Assembly: GCA_963785165.1 (NCBI GenBank)
Contig: CAWAUI010000007.1
Coordinates: 1,304,725-1,368,724, forward strand
DNA from: Thermoanaerobaculaceae bacterium
Lineage (GTDB): Bacteria; Acidobacteriota; Thermoanaerobaculia; Multivoradales; UBA5704
Length of the DNA: 64,000 bases
Direction: 5' to 3'
The number at the start of each line of letters is the position of its first letter. Position 1 is the stretch's first letter. Shown here piece after piece: positions 51,166 to 60,959 of the stretch. Below the pieces are notes generated by a model. It made no database searches, was not told the DNA's origin, and was given only the letters and a program-made list of their open reading frames with translations. Both the position numbers and the translations under genes were made by a program.

Positions 51166-52014
51166 TCACAGACCGGGGCCGTCGAGGAAGCCGGCCACCA
51201 TGGGGCGGTACTCCCAGGTACCGGCGTTCGGCGTGACCGCGTAGTAGTAGGAGGTCGTGGTCGAGCTGACGTTCCAGGCCCAGGCCACGAGGCGGCCGGT
51301 GGAGACCTCTTCGTAGATCACGATGGTGCCGGAGCCCACGCCGTCATCGGTGGCCCAGACTTGGATGGGATTGCCGACGAGCCGGTAGCGGGTGTCCGGC
51401 GAGGGGTTGCTGGCATAGGCGCCATGGGGTGACTTGGTGGCGTCGTAGACGGCGACCTGGTACCGGTTGACCGCCCCCACACCGGTGATGGTTTTGCCGG
51501 ACGGCAGAGTGGTGTTGGCGGCCGCGAGCGTGATGCTCCGGACGGTCATGACGTGGCCCGTATCCCCCGACAGGGTGTAGGCGGAGGCCAGGATGTCTCC
51601 GGCTTCGATGTCCGCGACCGACGCCCGCTCGTGGAAGGCGATTCCGGAGGCATCGACGCGGGTTGAGTCGCTCGCCTCGTTCGAGATGGCGTCGTACCAC
51701 TCGTCCGCGAAGGGCGAATTCGAGCCGGTCAGCGCGGTCAGGACGTCGTCGTTGACGGCAGGGTAGGATGCCTTGAGCAGCAAGGCGGTGAAGGAGCCGC
51801 ACTTGGCGGTGGCGTGGACCTTGCCGCCGCCGTCGGTCCAGATGCTGGCGGGTGCGCCATAGACGTTGTTGGCCATTTCGATCAATGGGTCGTTCCAATC
51901 GAACGCCTGGTTCAGGTGATCGGTGGGCCAAGCGGCGGAAGCGGCGGACGAGGTGGCGAGAGTCGCGCAGGCAGCCAGCAGGAGCGGCCTGGAAAAGGTG
52001 CTGATCCGGTTCAT
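51166..52014 (-). CDS. Secreted protein, possibly papain-fold (NlpC/P60-like Cys...His order)
   Basis: ATG at 52014 after AAGGAG. Signal peptide MNRISTFSRPLLLAACATLATSSAASA. Candidate catalytic residues in AKCGSFTALLLK and AGDILASAYTLSGDTGHVMTV. The assignment is weak. Confidence 0.55.
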   Translation of the reverse strand: MNRISTFSRPLLLAACATLATSSAASAAWPTDHLNQAFDWNDPLIEMANNVYGAPASIWTDGGGKVHATAKCGSFTALLLKASYPAVNDDVLTALTGSNSPFADEWYDAISNEASDSTRVDASGIAFHERASVADIEAGDILASAYTLSGDTGHVMTVRSITLAAANTTLPSGKTITGVGAVNRYQVAVYDATKSPHGAYASNPSPDTRYRLVGNPIQVWATDDGVGSGTIVIYEEVSTGRLVAWAWNVSSTTTSYYYAVTPNAGTWEYRPMVAGFLDGPGL

Positions 52015-52286
52015 CGTGGTCTCCTTGCAGTCTTGGGGCGCGGAGTCATCTCCGCACGGCAGGAGGAACGATGTCGGAGCCCGGATCTCCTCAGTGTTTA
52101 AGGAAAAATTTTAAACGGAAATCTCTGTAACTTTCAGGTGTCGGCGGTCGCCTAAGAACGGAGGATCTCAAGACAATGCGGTCCCGCCAGGGACCGCAAG
52201 GCCGGCAAGGATGCCGGCGGTCCCAGGGGGCGCTACGCCGGCAGTCTGCTTCTCCCCGGTCCCGCCTGCGGTAGACTCCTGGCGCC

Positions 52287-53747
52287 ATGGCGCGCGAAGA
52301 CTATGAGGCGGTCATCGGGCTGGAGGTGCACGTCCAGCTGCTGACCGAGACCAAGATGTTCTGCCGTTGCCCCAACCGGTTCGGGGCGGAGCCGAACACC
52401 CTGGTCTGTCCGGTGTGCCTCGGCTATCCCGGTACCCTGCCGGTGCCCAACCGCCATGCCGTGGACCTGGCGGCCAAGCTGGCCCTGGCCCTGGGGTGCG
52501 AGGTTCATGGCACCTCGGTCTTCGCGCGCAAGAATTACTTCTACCCGGACCTCCCGAAGGGGTACCAGATCAGCCAGTTCGACCGCCCCCTGGCCGAGGG
52601 CGGGACGCTGCCGCTCAGCCAGAGTGACAAGACGGTAAGTCTCGAAAGGCTGCATCTGGAGGAGGACGCGGGGAAGCTCCTGCACGAGGCTCCGGGGGGC
52701 GCCGCGCTGCCGGGGCAGAGCCTGGTGGACTTCAACCGCTGCGGCGTGCCGCTGGTCGAGATCGTTTCCCGGCCGGACCTGTCGAGCCCCGCCGAGGCGC
52801 AGGACTATCTCCAGACCCTCCACCAGCTCCTCCTCTACACGGGGACGAGCGACGGCAACATGGAGGAGGGGAGCCTGCGGTGCGACGCCAACGTCTCGGT
52901 GCGCAAGCGCGGCGAGACCCGGCTGGGGACCAAGGTGGAGATCAAGAACGTCAACTCCTTCCGCAACGTCGCCCGCGCCATCGAGCACGAGATCGAGCGG
53001 CAGGCCGGGGTGATCGACGCGGGCGGCCGGGTGGTGCAGGAGACCCGCAGCTTCAACGCCGACACGGGTGCCACGAAGACCCTCCGCAGCAAGGAGGAGG
53101 CGCACGACTACCGCTACTTCCCGGACCCGGACCTGCCGCCGCTCGTGCTGACGCCGAAGCGGATGGAGGTGCTGAAGGCCGAGCTTCCCGAGCTGCCTTG
53201 GCTCCGGCGGGCGCGGTTCGCCGGGCAGTACGGCGTACCGGCCGACGCCGCCCAGGTGCTGACGGGCACGCGGGAGCTGGCGGACTACTACGAGGCCGCC
53301 GTCTCCGGGCTGCCTACCAACCCCAAGGGGATCGCCAACTGGGTGATGGGCGAGGTGCTGCGCGATCTCAAGGAGCGGAAGGTGGAGCTTGCCGGCACGA
53401 TCTCGCCGGAGCGGCTGGCCGCCCTGGTGGGGATGGTGGACGCGGGGACGATCTCGACCAGCGCGGCGAAAGAGGTCTTCGCCGCGGTGCTCGAGACGGG
53501 CGAGGATCCGGGCACAGCGGTCGAGAGGCTCGGCTTGGCCCAGGTTTCCGACATGCCGCGGATCGAGGGTTGGATCGACGAGGTCATCGCGCAGAGCCCG
53601 GCCCAGGTGGCGCAGTACCGGTCGGGCAAGACACAGATCGTCGGCTTCCTGGTCGGCCAGGTCATGAAGCGTTCGGGTGGCCGGGCCGAGCCCAAGGTGG
53701 TTCAGCAGCTCCTTCGCCAGGCGTTGGAGCGCGAGCCGGTGGCTTGA
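52287..53747 (+). CDS. gatB: Asp-tRNA(Asn)/Glu-tRNA(Gln) amidotransferase subunit B
   Basis: Intact 486-aa ORF. MAREDYEAVIGLEVHVQLLTETKMFC...CPVCLGYPGTLPVPN. C-terminal YqeY-like tail. Confidence 0.9.
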   Translation: MAREDYEAVIGLEVHVQLLTETKMFCRCPNRFGAEPNTLVCPVCLGYPGTLPVPNRHAVDLAAKLALALGCEVHGTSVFARKNYFYPDLPKGYQISQFDRPLAEGGTLPLSQSDKTVSLERLHLEEDAGKLLHEAPGGAALPGQSLVDFNRCGVPLVEIVSRPDLSSPAEAQDYLQTLHQLLLYTGTSDGNMEEGSLRCDANVSVRKRGETRLGTKVEIKNVNSFRNVARAIEHEIERQAGVIDAGGRVVQETRSFNADTGATKTLRSKEEAHDYRYFPDPDLPPLVLTPKRMEVLKAELPELPWLRRARFAGQYGVPADAAQVLTGTRELADYYEAAVSGLPTNPKGIANWVMGEVLRDLKERKVELAGTISPERLAALVGMVDAGTISTSAAKEVFAAVLETGEDPGTAVERLGLAQVSDMPRIEGWIDEVIAQSPAQVAQYRSGKTQIVGFLVGQVMKRSGGRAEPKVVQQLLRQALEREPVA

Positions 53748-54550
53748 TCCAGTTCTTCCATGTCACCAAGCGGTACCCCGGGGGCCAGGCGGCCCTCGAT
53801 GACGTCACGTTCGACATCCCCCGAGGGGAGTTCGTCTTTCTGACCGGCGCGAGCGGCGCGGGCAAGACGACGCTGCTGCGCATGATCTTCCGCGCCGAGG
53901 TCCCCTCCGGGGGGCAGATCCTGGTCAACGGGAGGAACGTCGCCTCCATCCCCGAGAGCAAGATCCCCTACCTGCGGCGGTCCATCGGCGTGGTGTTCCA
54001 GGACTTCCGGCTGATCCCGCGCAAGACGGTGTTCGAGAACGTCACCTACCTGCCGCGTGTGCTGGGCACCGATCTCCAGAGCCAGAAGAAGATGGCCTAC
54101 CAGTCGCTGCGCCGGGTCGGGCTCGCCCACCGGCTCAACGCCTTCCCGCCGGAGCTGTCGGGCGGCGAGCAGCAGCGGGTGGCCATCGCCCGCGCGCTCA
54201 TCAACGAGCCGGAGATCTTGATCGCGGACGAGCCCACGGGGAACCTCGACCCGGACCTTTCACGCGAGATCCTCCGGCTCTTCCTGGAGGTCAACCTGCG
54301 GGGGACCACGGTGATCCTGGCCACCCACGACCGCGACACCATCCAGCGGGTGGGCCGCCGGGTGTTGACGCTGGACCATGGCCGGCTGGCGCTCGACCAG
54401 GAGCTGGTGGGGACGGACCCGCCGGTGCTCGACCCCCTGGCGGGCGAGCTCGCGGGTGAGACGGACGAGCGGCCGATTCCCGGCGACCGGTCCCTTCCGG
54501 ACGAGCTGTCTCCTGCGTCCCCGGAGCCGCCGGAGGAGCCCGGCGAGTGA
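53744..54550 (+). CDS. ftsE: Cell-division ABC ATPase FtsE
   Basis: TTG at 53744 overlaps the gatB stop (TTGA), giving (M)IQFFHVTKRY. Walker A GASGAGKTT, signature LSGGEQQR, Walker B ILIADEPTGNLD. Unusual acidic/Pro-rich C-terminal tail. Confidence 0.85.
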   Translation: MIQFFHVTKRYPGGQAALDDVTFDIPRGEFVFLTGASGAGKTTLLRMIFRAEVPSGGQILVNGRNVASIPESKIPYLRRSIGVVFQDFRLIPRKTVFENVTYLPRVLGTDLQSQKKMAYQSLRRVGLAHRLNAFPPELSGGEQQRVAIARALINEPEILIADEPTGNLDPDLSREILRLFLEVNLRGTTVILATHDRDTIQRVGRRVLTLDHGRLALDQELVGTDPPVLDPLAGELAGETDERPIPGDRSLPDELSPASPEPPEEPGE

Positions 54551-55434
54551 AGCTCTTCGCGGCTCTCCGCTACTTCTTCCGCGAGGCGGTGGTCAACCTC
54601 GTGAGGGGCTGGAAGGTGAGCCTGCTCGCCGTGCTCACCATCGCGGTGAGCCTGTTCATCGGCGGCGCCTTTCTTCTGGTGAGCGGCAACCTTTCGGCCT
54701 CGGTGGAGCGCTGGCGGGGGGAGATGAGGGTGGTCATCTACCTCGAGCCCGAGACGACGGAGGCGGACCTGCGGAAGCTGGCCGCCGAGGCCTCCACCGG
54801 CCCGGGAGTCTCCTCCGTGGAGCCGGTCACCGCGCAGGCGGCCCGCAAGCGGTTCCAGGACGTCTTCCCCAGCCTCGCCGAGCTGGTGTCCGGCTGGGAG
54901 GACGAGCCGCTGCCGGCTTCGCTGGAAGTCGGGCTCGATCCCAAGACTTCCCAAGGGCGCGACGCCTGGCTGGACGGCTGGCGCAAGCGGCCCGAGGTGA
55001 CCCTGGTGGACGACGACCGCGAGTGGCTGGGGCAGCTCGAAGCCCTGGTGGCCGTGGTGCAGGCCGTGGGGCTGGCCCTGGTGGCGGGGCTCCTGGGCGC
55101 GGCCATCTTCACCATCGCGAGCGTCATCCGGCTGACCGCCTACCTCCACCACGAGGAGACGGAAATCATGCGGCTCGTGGGCGCCACGGAGTTCTTCATC
55201 CGCGGCCCCTTCTACGTGGAAGGCCTGCTCCAGGGGCTCCTCGGCGGGTTCCTGGCGAGCGGTGCCCTCTGGGGGGTGTACCAGCTCGTCCATGTGAAAA
55301 GCCGGGGATCGCTGTTGTCCACCCTCCTGGCGCTCGACTTCCTGAGCCTCCAGGAGGTGGCCTTTCTGGTGGTGCTGGGCGGCGCGGCGGGGCTGTTCGG
55401 CGCGGTGATCTCTCTGCGGCGGGAGGCCCTGTAG
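54547..55434 (+). CDS. ftsX: Cell-division permease-like protein FtsX
   Basis: GTG start overlaps the ftsE stop. 4-TM FtsX layout (LLAVLTIAVSLFIGGAFLLV ... periplasmic domain ... three C-terminal TMs). Confidence 0.8.
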   Translation: MKLFAALRYFFREAVVNLVRGWKVSLLAVLTIAVSLFIGGAFLLVSGNLSASVERWRGEMRVVIYLEPETTEADLRKLAAEASTGPGVSSVEPVTAQAARKRFQDVFPSLAELVSGWEDEPLPASLEVGLDPKTSQGRDAWLDGWRKRPEVTLVDDDREWLGQLEALVAVVQAVGLALVAGLLGAAIFTIASVIRLTAYLHHEETEIMRLVGATEFFIRGPFYVEGLLQGLLGGFLASGALWGVYQLVHVKSRGSLLSTLLALDFLSLQEVAFLVVLGGAAGLFGAVISLRREAL

Positions 55435-55436
55435 GG

Positions 55437-55565
55437 GCCTCACCTTTCCGAGCGACCTCACCCTCCGGCTCCCTCTCCTAAAGGAGAGGGAGAGACCAGC
55501 AAGCCAGCTCTCTTGAAGCCCCTCTCCTTTAGGAGAGGGGTTGGGGTGAGGTCACCCCCGGGCCT
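55437..55565. repeat. Composite REP-like palindromic element
   Basis: Nested hairpins CCCTCTCCTAAAGGAGAGGG and CCCCTCTCCTTTAGGAGAGGGG flanked by GACCTCACCC / GGGGTGAGGTC. Fills the gap between convergent ftsX and TerC. Confidence 0.75.
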
Positions 55566-56348
55566 CTACCGCTTCTTCTTGACCCCCTTCTCAGCCGCCC
55601 GGGGCGCCTCGGCCACATACGGCTCGTGGAGGTGGACGGGCTTGACCCCCTTCTTCGTCATGCGCAGGTTCAACATCTCGACGAACACCGAGAAGCCCAT
55701 GGCGAAGTAGACGTACCCCTTGGGGATGTGGAAGTCGAGCCCCTCGGCGATCAGCGACATGCCGATCAGCAGCAGGAAGGACAGGGCCAGCATCTTGACC
55801 GTGGGGTGGGCCGACACGAAGGTGGAGATGGGGCCGGCGGCCACCATCATCACCGCCACGGCGACCACCACGGCCGTGATCATCACGGGGAGGTGGTTGG
55901 CCATGCCCACGGCGGTGATCACCGAGTCGAGCGAGAAGACGATGTCGAGCAGCAGGATCTGCACGATGACGGAGGAAAACGAGGCGGCCACCCGGGCGCT
56001 CGCGTGCCCCTCCTCCCCCTCCATCCGCTCATGGATCTCGCGGGTGGCCTTGAAGAGCAGGAACAGCCCGCCGACGAGCAGGATCAGGTCCCGCCCCGAG
56101 ATCTCCTGGCCGAGGAGGGTGAAGATCGGCGCCGTCAGCTTCACCATCCAGGCCAGCGAGGCGAGCAGGCCGATGCGCAGGAACATGGCGAGCCCCAGGC
56201 CGACCCGCCGCGCCTTGGGCTGCTGGTCCTTCGGCAGCTTGCCGGCGAGAATGGAGATGAAGATCACGTTGTCGATGCCGAGCACGATCTCGAGCACCGT
56301 CAGCGTCAGCAGCGCGACCCACGTTTCGGGGCTTGAAAGCCATTCCAT
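55566..56348 (-). CDS. TerC-family integral membrane protein
   Basis: ATG at 56348 after GGGAGGG. LEIVLGIDNVIFISILAGKLP and LLDIVFSLDSVITAVG motifs. Intact. Confidence 0.85.
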   Translation of the reverse strand: MEWLSSPETWVALLTLTVLEIVLGIDNVIFISILAGKLPKDQQPKARRVGLGLAMFLRIGLLASLAWMVKLTAPIFTLLGQEISGRDLILLVGGLFLLFKATREIHERMEGEEGHASARVAASFSSVIVQILLLDIVFSLDSVITAVGMANHLPVMITAVVVAVAVMMVAAGPISTFVSAHPTVKMLALSFLLLIGMSLIAEGLDFHIPKGYVYFAMGFSVFVEMLNLRMTKKGVKPVHLHEPYVAEAPRAAEKGVKKKR

Positions 56349-56463
56349 GGTATCCCTCCCTTGCTCTCTGCAGGAGGGCGGATTCTAACCCAGTGGTCCC
56401 TTCAGCACCCCATGCGGTATTTCATGAGATACCTCACGCAATAGCCCATGAGATAATGAGCCC

Positions 56464-56850
56464 ATGAGCGATACGACGACCCGCGGAATCCGGGTCCAGG
56501 TTCAGAGCTTCTACGACGAGGAGCGCAGCTCTCCCCAGGAGAGCTACTACTTTTTTGCCTACCAGGTCCGCATCTCGAACGTGGGAAGCGACACCGCCCA
56601 GCTCGTCAGCCGCGAGTGGCTGATCACGGACGGCAACGGCGACACCCAGCGCATCCAGGGGCCGGGCGTGGTGGGCGAGCAGCCCGTGCTCGCCCCCGGG
56701 GAGGAGTTCGAGTACACGAGCTTCTGCCCGCTGCCCACCCCGGTCGGCGCCATGCACGGCTCCTACCTCATGAGGGTGCCCGGCAGCGGCGAGAGCTTCG
56801 AGGCGGAGATCGCCCCGTTTTCCCTCGCCATGCCGCACGCGGTGAATTGA
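56464..56850 (+). CDS. apaG: ApaG (DUF525) protein
   Basis: 128 aa. IRVQVQSFYDEERSSPQESYYFFAYQVRISN...GPGVVGEQPVLAPGEEFEYTS. Confidence 0.85.
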   Translation: MSDTTTRGIRVQVQSFYDEERSSPQESYYFFAYQVRISNVGSDTAQLVSREWLITDGNGDTQRIQGPGVVGEQPVLAPGEEFEYTSFCPLPTPVGAMHGSYLMRVPGSGESFEAEIAPFSLAMPHAVN

Positions 56851-56879
56851 CGGCGTATTCCGCCGCCCGAAGGCGCGGC

Positions 56880-57419
56880 CTACCGCTTCTTCGCCTCGAG
56901 CCGGGCCTTCTGCCCGGGCGTCAGCACGTCGGGCATGGGGCCACCGAAATGGCTCCAGGAGTTGAGCGCAATCGCCTGGGCCTCGGTGAGGTCCAGGTCG
57001 AGCAGCTCGGGATGGACCACCCGTAGCGAGTGCTTGGGCTCTTCCGTGTAGCGCACCTGCCCGGAAACCACGTCGTAGAAGGAATTGCGCCGCTTGAGCG
57101 CCTGGGTGAGGCTCTCGACGTTCGTCTTCGCGGGGTCGAACTCCACCTCGACGACCTCGTTGCCGCCCAGGCTGCCGATGCGGGTGCGCACCACGCCGGG
57201 GACCTGCCCCACGGTGGCCTCGCCGGTCCAGTAGCAATACATGGAGAAAACCGCCTTCTCCGTCTTCGCGGGGGAGGAGGCGGGATTGGCGGCGTCCGCG
57301 GGATTGGCGGCGTCAGCGGCGTCAGCGGCGTCAGCGGCGTCAGCGGCATTGGAGGTCATGGCCTGGCCTCCCCAGAGGACGGCGGTGAGCAGAAAGACGG
57401 TTGCGGGTTTCATGTTCAT
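56880..57419 (-). CDS. Secreted MsrA-like (peptide methionine sulfoxide reductase fold) protein with Ala/Asp repeat linker
   Basis: Signal peptide [20 protein letters not shown]. Linker [47 protein letters not shown] resembles the MsrA GCFWG region. Confidence 0.5.
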   Translation of the reverse strand: MNMKPATVFLLTAVLWGGQAMTSNAADAADAADAADAANPADAANPASSPAKTEKAVFSMYCYWTGEATVGQVPGVVRTRIGSLGGNEVVEVEFDPAKTNVESLTQALKRRNSFYDVVSGQVRYTEEPKHSLRVVHPELLDLDLTEAQAIALNSWSHFGGPMPDVLTPGQKARLEAKKR

Positions 57420-57537
57420 CAGGAAAGTTTACGAGGCCGGCGGGCCTTCCGGATGTTTTCTGAGGCATGGCTGGAGCCATGGCCCCCATTTTGCGTCGTG
57501 TGGTAGCGTACGGACCCAAATCCTGGAGGTTCTGGGC

Positions 57538-59920
57538 ATGGCCATTTCTGAAGTCCCCCGCCAAGAGTTCCCCGACGTCGTCGGCGCGGTTCCGGAAGAT
57601 ACCCGGGCAGCCGCTTTCCGGCCGTTCATCCCGGCCGAAGTGCGGCTGCGGGAGCTGACTCCGGTCCCGCTGATCGTCGGCACGATCCTTGGGATCATCT
57701 TCGGCGCGTCGTCCCTCTACCTGGTGCTCAAGGTCGGGTTGACGGTGAGCGCCTCGATCCCCGTGGCGGTGATCTCGCTGACCGTCTTCCGCCTCCTGGG
57801 CAAGATGGGGCTGCGCGGCGCCACGATCCTGGAGAACAACATCGTGCAGACGGCCGGTTCGGCGGGTGAGTCGATCGCCTTCGGCGTGGGCGTCACCATG
57901 CCGGCGATCATGATCCTGGGCTTCGACCTGGAGATCACCCGCGTGATGCTGGTGGCCGTGCTCGGCGGCCTGCTCGGCATCCTGATGATGATCCCGCTGC
58001 GCCGGGCGCTCATCGTCCAGCAGCACGGCATCCTCAAGTACCCCGAGGGCACGGCCTGCGCCGAGGTGCTCAAGGCCGGCGCGACGCCCGAGGAGTGGGC
58101 CATCGCCACCCGCGCGGCCACCGCCGCCGGGGACGCGCCCGCGGCCGACCAGGCGTCGCAGTCCGGCGCCAAGACGATTTTCACCGGCTTCGGCATCGGC
58201 TTCGCCTACCAGGTGGCCATGATGGTCTTCAAGGGCTGGAAGGACGTGCCGGAGAAGGTCTTCGGAGCCGCCCTTCCGGGCCGGCTCGATCGCGGCCGAG
58301 ATCTCGCCCGAGCTGCTCGGCGTCGGCTACATCATCGGCCCCCGCATCGCCTCCATCATGTGCGCGGGCGGCGTGCTGGCCTACCTGGTGCTCATCCCGG
58401 CGATCAGCCTTCTTCGGCTCGGCGGCCACCGGCATCGTGGCGCCCGGCACCATCCCCATCTCCGAGATGGGGCCGGACGAGATCCGCGGCGCCTACGTGC
58501 TCTACATCGGCGCCGGCGCGGTGGCCGCGGGCGGCATCATCAGCCTGTTCCGCTCGCTCCCCACGATCTGGCACGGCTTGAAGGGCGGCCTCGCCGACTT
58601 CAAGGGGCGCAAGGGGAACGGGGCGGGCGCCGCGGTGGCCCGCACCGACCAGGATCTCTCGCTCAAGCTGGTGGCCGGCGGCATCGTGGCCCTGATCGCC
58701 ATCATCATGCTGATGCCCCAGCTCCACCTCGGGAACCTCCTGGGCGCCATCCTCATCATCGTCTTCGGCTTCCTCTTCGTCACCGTCTCCTCGCGCCTGA
58801 CGGGCGAGATCGGCTCGTCGTCCAACCCCATCTCGGGCATGACGGTGGCCACGCTGCTCCTCACCTGCCTGATCTTCCTGGCCATCGGCTGGACGGGGCC
58901 GAGCTACTACGTCACGGCGCTCTCGGTCGGCGCCATCGTCTGCATCGCGTCGTCGAACGGCGGCACCACCTCCCAGGACCTGAAGACCGGCTACCTCGTG
59001 GGCGGCACGCCGAAGCACCAGCAGGTGGCCATCCTGGTCGGCGCCCTCGCCTCGGCCCTGGTGCTCGGTCCCATCCTGCTGCACCTGAACGACGCCGCCA
59101 CCGTCTACGTGCCGGTCGCGGACCGGGCCACGGGCCAGATCTCCACCCAGGGGTATGACCCGGCCTTGCGGGCCGACCCCGCGACGCTGTCGCTCGCTCC
59201 ACACGGAGACGCTCAAGGGGCCCCAGGGGCGGACCGACACCGGCTCCTACCGGGTCTGGCAGAAGATCGGCGACGAAGGCGGCCCGGCCGGCCACTACCT
59301 GGTCAACGAGGCCGGCGTGCCCGTCTACCTCGTGGATCCGGGCATCAACGGCATCCACCGCATGCGGCCCGACGGCACCGAGGTGCCCAAGTTCGACGCT
59401 CCCAAGGCGACGCTGATGTCCTACATCATCAAGGGGATCCTCAACCGGCAGCTCCCTTGGGGGCTGGTGCTCCTGGGGGTGATGATCGCCGTCGTGCTGG
59501 AGATGTCGGGCATCCCCTCGCTGGCCTTCGCCGTCGGCGTGTACCTGCCGCTGTCGTCGTCCAGCCCGATCTTCATCGGCGGCATGGTGCGCTGGCTGGT
59601 GGACCGCCACCTGCGCAAGAAGCTCGCCGCACAAGAAGCTCACCGAGGAAGAGCTGATGGCCGAGGGCGACAAGAGCCCCGGCGTGCTGATGGCCTCCGG
59701 CTACATCGCGGGCGGTGCCATCGCCGGCATCGTCGTCGCCTTCTCGCAGGGCGTGCTGACCGACTTCGACCGTTCGATCACCAACACCATGCGGGAGGCC
59801 AACCCGTTCTTCAACGGCGCCAACGCCGACCTGCTCTCCTTGCTTCCCTTCCTGCTCCTGGTGGTGCTGCTGTACTTGACGGGCCGGGAGATGATGCTCG
59901 CGGGTAAGAAGACGGCGTAG
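57538..59920 (+). pseudogene. OPT-family oligopeptide transporter; about 5 frame changes (near 58265-58400, 59190, 59630)
   Basis: ATG at 57538 after [42 protein letters not shown]..., [64 protein letters not shown]. Spread over ORFs 57241.., 58358.., 58095.., 59155.. and 59657..59920. Confidence 0.8.
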
Positions 59921-60013
59921 GCTCCCTCACTCTGCCCCTTACCCTGGCGGGCCTCACCCCATGGAGTGAGGCCCGCCAGGGCGCGGACGCCCCGGCGCGC
60001 TACAATCCGCGTC

Positions 60014-60943
60014 ATGGAACCGCAAAGCTCTTCCCCCGCCTCTCCCTCCCCGGCCCCCGTCGTCCTGGTCGCCACCGACTTCTCCGAAACGGCTTCCGCC
60101 GCCCTGGACTGGGCCCTGGAGCTGGCCCGCCAGCAGGGCGCCGGCGTCGAGGTGGTCCACGCCGTCACCCTCCCCCCCTCGGTGCCGGGCTATGTGCCCA
60201 CGGCGAGCCTCGACTTCGAGGCCGAGGTGCTGCGGGCCGCCGAGGACCGGCTGGCGGAGGCCGCCGCCGGCCTGAAGGAGAAGGGGGTGGAGGTCACGAC
60301 CTTCCTGGCTCCCGGTACGCCGTCGCAGGTGATCCGCGACCGCGCCGAGTCCGTCTCGGCCCTGGCCATCGTCATCGGCACCCGGGGGCTCACCGGCCTG
60401 CGCCACCTGCTCCTCGGCAGCACCACCCAGCGGGTGGTCCACGCCGCCAAGTGCCCGGTGCTCACCGTTCACCCGGGGGACATGGGCCGGCACAGGGCCA
60501 TCCGCACGATCCTTGTGCCCACCGACTTCTCGGCGGACGCGGAAGTGGCCATCCACACCGCCCACCGGCTTCTCGCCGCCCTGGAGCAGGACGCCCGGCT
60601 CGTCCTCGTCCACGCCTTCAACCTGCCGATCGAGTACACCGCGTACGGCCCCATCCCCACCTCCATCAATTTCCTGGAAGACACGGGATTGGACGCCGAG
60701 CGGCGCCTGTTCGAGAAGGCCCAGGCGCTTCAGCGCGAGGGGCTGGTCATCGAGACCGTGGCCCGCGAGGGGGACCCGGCGCACGTGATCGCGGAAGAGG
60801 CGGAGAAGCGGGGGGCGGACCTGATCGCCATGGGCACCCACGGCCAGAGCGGGCTGCGCCACCTCCTCCTCGGCAGCACGGCCGAGCGGGTGGTGGAACA
60901 CGCACCGTGTCCGGTGATGACGATCCGGAACGAGACGGAGTGA
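60014..60943 (+). CDS. Tandem-domain universal stress protein
   Basis: ATG at 60014. Two UspA modules ending GTRGLTGLRHLLLGSTTQRVVHAAKCPVLTV and GTHGQSGLRHLLLGSTAERVVEHAPCPVMTI. Confidence 0.8.
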   Translation: MEPQSSSPASPSPAPVVLVATDFSETASAALDWALELARQQGAGVEVVHAVTLPPSVPGYVPTASLDFEAEVLRAAEDRLAEAAAGLKEKGVEVTTFLAPGTPSQVIRDRAESVSALAIVIGTRGLTGLRHLLLGSTTQRVVHAAKCPVLTVHPGDMGRHRAIRTILVPTDFSADAEVAIHTAHRLLAALEQDARLVLVHAFNLPIEYTAYGPIPTSINFLEDTGLDAERRLFEKAQALQREGLVIETVAREGDPAHVIAEEAEKRGADLIAMGTHGQSGLRHLLLGSTAERVVEHAPCPVMTIRNETE

Positions 60944-60959
60944 CCGAAGTCGGTCCGGC

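Noticed and set aside
56349-56463. yybP-ykoY (Mn) riboswitch upstream of the TerC-family gene
   Set aside because: TerC genes are often riboswitch-controlled. Here the leader is only ~115 nt, is shared with divergent apaG, and I could not find the conserved riboswitch helices or motifs by eye. A covariance-model scan would be decisive.
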